Source: a bacterium
GTDB lineage: Bacteria; UBA10199; 2-02-FULL-50-16; JAJFLM01
Direction of reading: 5' to 3'
Assembly: GCA_965216315.1 (NCBI GenBank)
Contig: CBDCFN010000016.1
Span: 1-64,000 of the forward strand
DNA length: 64,000 nucleotides
A program made the position numbers and the translations under genes. The notes under the pieces were generated by a model. That model did no database searches. It saw only the letters and a program-made list of their open reading frames with translations, and had not been told where the DNA came from. Of the stretch, positions 61,317 to 64,000 are shown in pieces (position 1 is the stretch's first letter; each line of letters begins with the position of its first letter).

Positions 61317-61559
61317 TTGGCAACACGTATACGTTTAGCGCGCTACGGTTCGAAAAAGAATCCCTACTACCGCGTTGTGGTGGCGGATCAGCGCGTGGCC
61401 CGAGGTGGGCGTTTCATAGAAATCGTTGGTCATTATGATCCCAAACAGGGGATAGAAAAAGCGGATCTCAAAGAAGACCGTGTTCGGCATTGGCTTGCCT
61501 GTGGGGCTCAGCCGAGTGATACGGCGAAACAAATCATCCGCAAAAGACTCCCTAATTGA
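61317..61559 (+). CDS. rpsP: 30S ribosomal protein S16
   Basis: [21 protein letters not shown] and GAQPSDT. Confidence 0.96.
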   Translation: MATRIRLARYGSKKNPYYRVVVADQRVARGGRFIEIVGHYDPKQGIEKADLKEDRVRHWLACGAQPSDTAKQIIRKRLPN

Positions 61560-61590
61560 GTCTCGACCGCTGAATTTGCAGGAGGTTGCT

Positions 61591-61821
61591 ATGAAGGAGC
61601 TGATCGATACTATCGCGAGGGCACTCGTCGATGATTCGGATGCCGTAGAGGTCAGTGAAGTGGTAGGAGAACAGACCACTGTTATCGAGCTGAAGGTTTC
61701 CAAGGAAGATATCGGCAAGGTGATTGGCAAGCAGGGGCGGACAGCTCGAGCGATGCGGACCATTCTTGGGGCGGCATCGACTAAAGTCGGTAAACGGACC
61801 GTCCTAGAAATCCTCGAGTAG
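61591..61821 (+). CDS. khpA: KH domain RNA-binding protein
   Basis: [26 protein letters not shown]. Confidence 0.93.
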   Translation: MKELIDTIARALVDDSDAVEVSEVVGEQTTVIELKVSKEDIGKVIGKQGRTARAMRTILGAASTKVGKRTVLEILE

Positions 61822-61845
61822 GGGCCGAGCAAGCGCCGTCCCTAC
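61818..61845. repeat. GTAG-type REP-like element providing the khpA stop codon
   Basis: gtaggggccgagcaagcgccgtccctac with GTAGGG...CCCTAC ends. Confidence 0.7.
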
Positions 61846-61859
61846 GACGATTATCATTC

Positions 61860-62567
61860 ATGTTGCAATTTGATGTCCTCACGATTTTTCCGGAGATAAT
61901 TTCGCGGACAGTACAGACGAGTCTTCTCGGCAAGGCCTGTGATCAAGGTTTGGTGGCGGTGAATGCCCATGACATCCGCGATTATACCGATGACAAACAT
62001 CGGCGCGTCGATGATGTTCCCTACGGGGGCGGTCCCGGTATGGTGATGCAGGTTGAGCCATTGGTCCGCGGTCTTGAGGCCGTGGCGCAGTCGGCAGGGC
62101 GTGTGCGGCGCATCTTGCTGTCGCCCCGCGGACGAACCTTTTCTCAGTCAAAGGCAGCGTCGCTCCAGACGCAGGATCAAATTGTCCTGATTTGTGGCCG
62201 TTATGAAGGCGTGGATGAACGCGTGTTGGACTACGTTGATGAAGAGCTCTCTATTGGTGATTATATCCTCTCGGGAGGGGAATTTGCCGCTTTGGTCGTC
62301 ATTGATGCCGTTTCACGGCTGATTCCCGGCGTTGTGGGGGACCCGGCTTCACTCAATGAAGAAAGTTTTGTAGGGGCGATTCATGAATCGCCCCTACTGG
62401 AATATCCCCAATATACGCGACCCCGCGAATTCAGAGGGAAAATCGTGCCGGATGTCCTGCTGAGTGGGGACCATGCCAAAATCGAGATCTGGAGGAAAGA
62501 GCAGGCCAAGAGTCTGACCGAGGCTCGAAGGCCTGATTTACTGCTAGACAAGCCCAAACGTCTCTGA
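61860..62567 (+). CDS. trmD: tRNA (guanine-N1)-methyltransferase
   Basis: DDVPYGGGPGM, CGRYEGVDER, SIGDYILSGGE and LEYPQYTRP. Confidence 0.97.
   Translation: MLQFDVLTIFPEIISRTVQTSLLGKACDQGLVAVNAHDIRDYTDDKHRRVDDVPYGGGPGMVMQVEPLVRGLEAVAQSAGRVRRILLSPRGRTFSQSKAASLQTQDQIVLICGRYEGVDERVLDYVDEELSIGDYILSGGEFAALVVIDAVSRLIPGVVGDPASLNEESFVGAIHESPLLEYPQYTRPREFRGKIVPDVLLSGDHAKIEIWRKEQAKSLTEARRPDLLLDKPKRL
62370..62397. repeat. Perfect 28-bp GTAG REP palindrome inside trmD
   Basis: gtaggggcgattca|tgaatcgcccctac, read in frame as VGAIHESPL. Confidence 0.9.
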
Positions 62568-62599
62568 TACCAAAACCCCCTTAATTTAAGGGTATTATC

Positions 62600-63013
62600 A
62601 TGCATCGTCTCCAACACATAGAACGGGAATACGAGAAGAAGAAAATCCTGCCTTTCAAGGCCGGTGATAAGGTCCGCGTCCACACCCGCATCAAGGAAGG
62701 CAATCGGGAGCGGATCCAGGTCTATGAGGGGGTGGTGATACGTCTTCATGGTGCCGGGACGCGTCGGACGATGACCGTTCGTAAGGTTTCCTACGGTGTT
62801 GGGGTGGAGAGAATCTTTCCCGTCCATTCTCCCTCCATCGCTCAAGTCGAGTTTGTGTCACGTGGTAAGGTTCGTCGCAGTCGTATCTATTACATGCGTG
62901 AGCGCTTCGGTAAAAAGGCGCGGATGGAACGTGATATGCGCATTGCGATGGCGGATATGAGTTCAACGACCGAAGACGATGACAAGCCGGCAGAAGAACC
63001 AAAGAGCGAATAG
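62600..63013 (+). CDS. rplS: 50S ribosomal protein L19
   Basis: GDKVRVH, ERIQVYEGVVI, GVERIFP and GKVRRSRIYY. Confidence 0.96.
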   Translation: MHRLQHIEREYEKKKILPFKAGDKVRVHTRIKEGNRERIQVYEGVVIRLHGAGTRRTMTVRKVSYGVGVERIFPVHSPSIAQVEFVSRGKVRRSRIYYMRERFGKKARMERDMRIAMADMSSTTEDDDKPAEEPKSE

Positions 63014-63617
63014 CCTTTCTTCGCTCGAATCCTCGCTGATTGATTCAGGAATAAATAAACTCGCAGGCGTTGATGAAGTGGGACGTGGCTGTTTGGCCGG
63101 ACCGGTTGTCGCCGCTTGCGTCGTTTTACCCGATACGGGTGACCAGCCGGTCGCTGCTCCATGGGATCAAATTACCGATTCCAAATTACTCACCCCCAAA
63201 CGACGTGAAGAATTGTATGACGAGATCTGTAGTGGCTCTCTGTGGTCGGTCGCCGCTATCGAGCCTGCGGAGATCGACCAAATTAATATTCACTACGCTA
63301 GTCTTAAGGCGATGCGGCAGGCCGTTGAGCAGATTTCTCCTCAGCCCGACTATCTCTTAGTCGATGGACGTTTTCCTATCGAGATAGATCTTCCGCAACG
63401 AGCCGTCATTAAGGGAGATCGTGAATGTCGGGTGATTGGGGCCGCGAGTATCATCGCTAAAGTATGGCGGGATCGATTGATGGTGCGCTTCCAAGCGGAT
63501 TATCCGCACTTTGGGTTCGAGCAACATAAAGGTTACGGGACGGCACAGCACCGGAATGAGCTGAAACGCCATGGCCCGACAGAAATTCACCGCAAATCAT
63601 TTAAAGGGGTTACTTAA
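62979..63617 (+). CDS. rnhB: Ribonuclease HII
   Basis: AGVDEVGRGCLAGPV, DSK, LVDG, KGD, AASIIAKV and HKGYGT. Confidence 0.95.
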   Translation: MTSRQKNQRANSLSSLESSLIDSGINKLAGVDEVGRGCLAGPVVAACVVLPDTGDQPVAAPWDQITDSKLLTPKRREELYDEICSGSLWSVAAIEPAEIDQINIHYASLKAMRQAVEQISPQPDYLLVDGRFPIEIDLPQRAVIKGDRECRVIGAASIIAKVWRDRLMVRFQADYPHFGFEQHKGYGTAQHRNELKRHGPTEIHRKSFKGVT

Positions 63618-64000
63618 AGTTTCGCGTCTTGGACTCGCGCGCCCAGATAAAGTCAACCGCCTTCATCGCTCCTTGAAGTCGGCCCCCGAGGCCCAGCCAA
63701 CTCAATTGATCAGGGCCCAGTGTTAAGAGATTTTCATAAGGCGTCTTGAGTCCCGGAAAGCTAAACGAAGGTGGAAAACGCGGGGCGCGTTCCGCTTCTT
63801 CTAGGAAACGGGAGTAGTCCTGGCGTGGATCATCAAAGAGGTCCCCTTGATTGGTCGACGTGATCGGAAAGATCCGGCGAAGCCGGCCTTGAGCAAAAGG
63901 CATCAACGCGCGTAATTTCGTTTCGATCTCGTCGTGGCGGGTCTCAAATCCGTCGACAATGGCCGCTGTGTCATCGATGGTTTCATCCGCCGGTAAGAAA
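63610..64000 (-). CDS. Hypothetical protein, 3' part only (frame open to the window end)
   Basis: Frame stays open upstream of the tracked TTG: FLPADETIDDTAAIVDGFETRHDEIETKLRALMPFAQ... Confidence 0.6.
   Translation of the reverse strand, partial: FLPADETIDDTAAIVDGFETRHDEIETKLRALMPFAQGRLRRIFPITSTNQGDLFDDPRQDYSRFLEEAERAPRFPPSFSFPGLKTPYENLLTLGPDQLSWLGLGGRLQGAMKAVDFIWARESKTRNFK

Overview
Gene-dense bacterial chromosome segment. The gene order (yceD-rpmF-acpP-rpiB-glyA-nrdR-ribD/E/BA/H-nusB; rpsP-khpA-trmD-rplS-rnhB; korAB; Ktr) and the myxobacterial-style Cys-rich lipoproteins suggest a Deltaproteobacteria-like lineage; this is inference only. No rRNA, tRNA, CRISPR array, prophage or transposase was recognised. 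Main observations: (1) A 27-bp bipartite motif with sigma28/FliA geometry (8-nt RMAMC-type -35 box, 11-nt spacer, xxxGAYAR -10 box resembling GCCGATAA) precedes six dispersed orphan loci. Their proteins have Ser/Thr/Ala/Leu-rich N-termini without Sec signals and carry enzyme-like or helical C-terminal domains, suggesting a previously undescribed alternative-sigma regulon of exported effector-like proteins. (2) A 1698-aa Ser/Thr kinase-ATPase-TPR-GAF-sigma54 activator is followed by a sigma54 promoter and three very small ORFs. TGT-N11-ACA boxes occur there, at a second sigma54 promoter and upstream of the activator itself. (3) REP-like palindromes are inserted in frame in trmD, ribE and probably rnhB, and others supply stop codons. 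(4) plsX/fab genes and rimM are missing from their usual operons. (5) A cell-surface cluster holds an OmpA/TraB-like protein, three paralogous lipoproteins and a giant Cys-rich lipoprotein. (6) A P1B-ATPase-like gene is frameshifted and catalytically degenerate.
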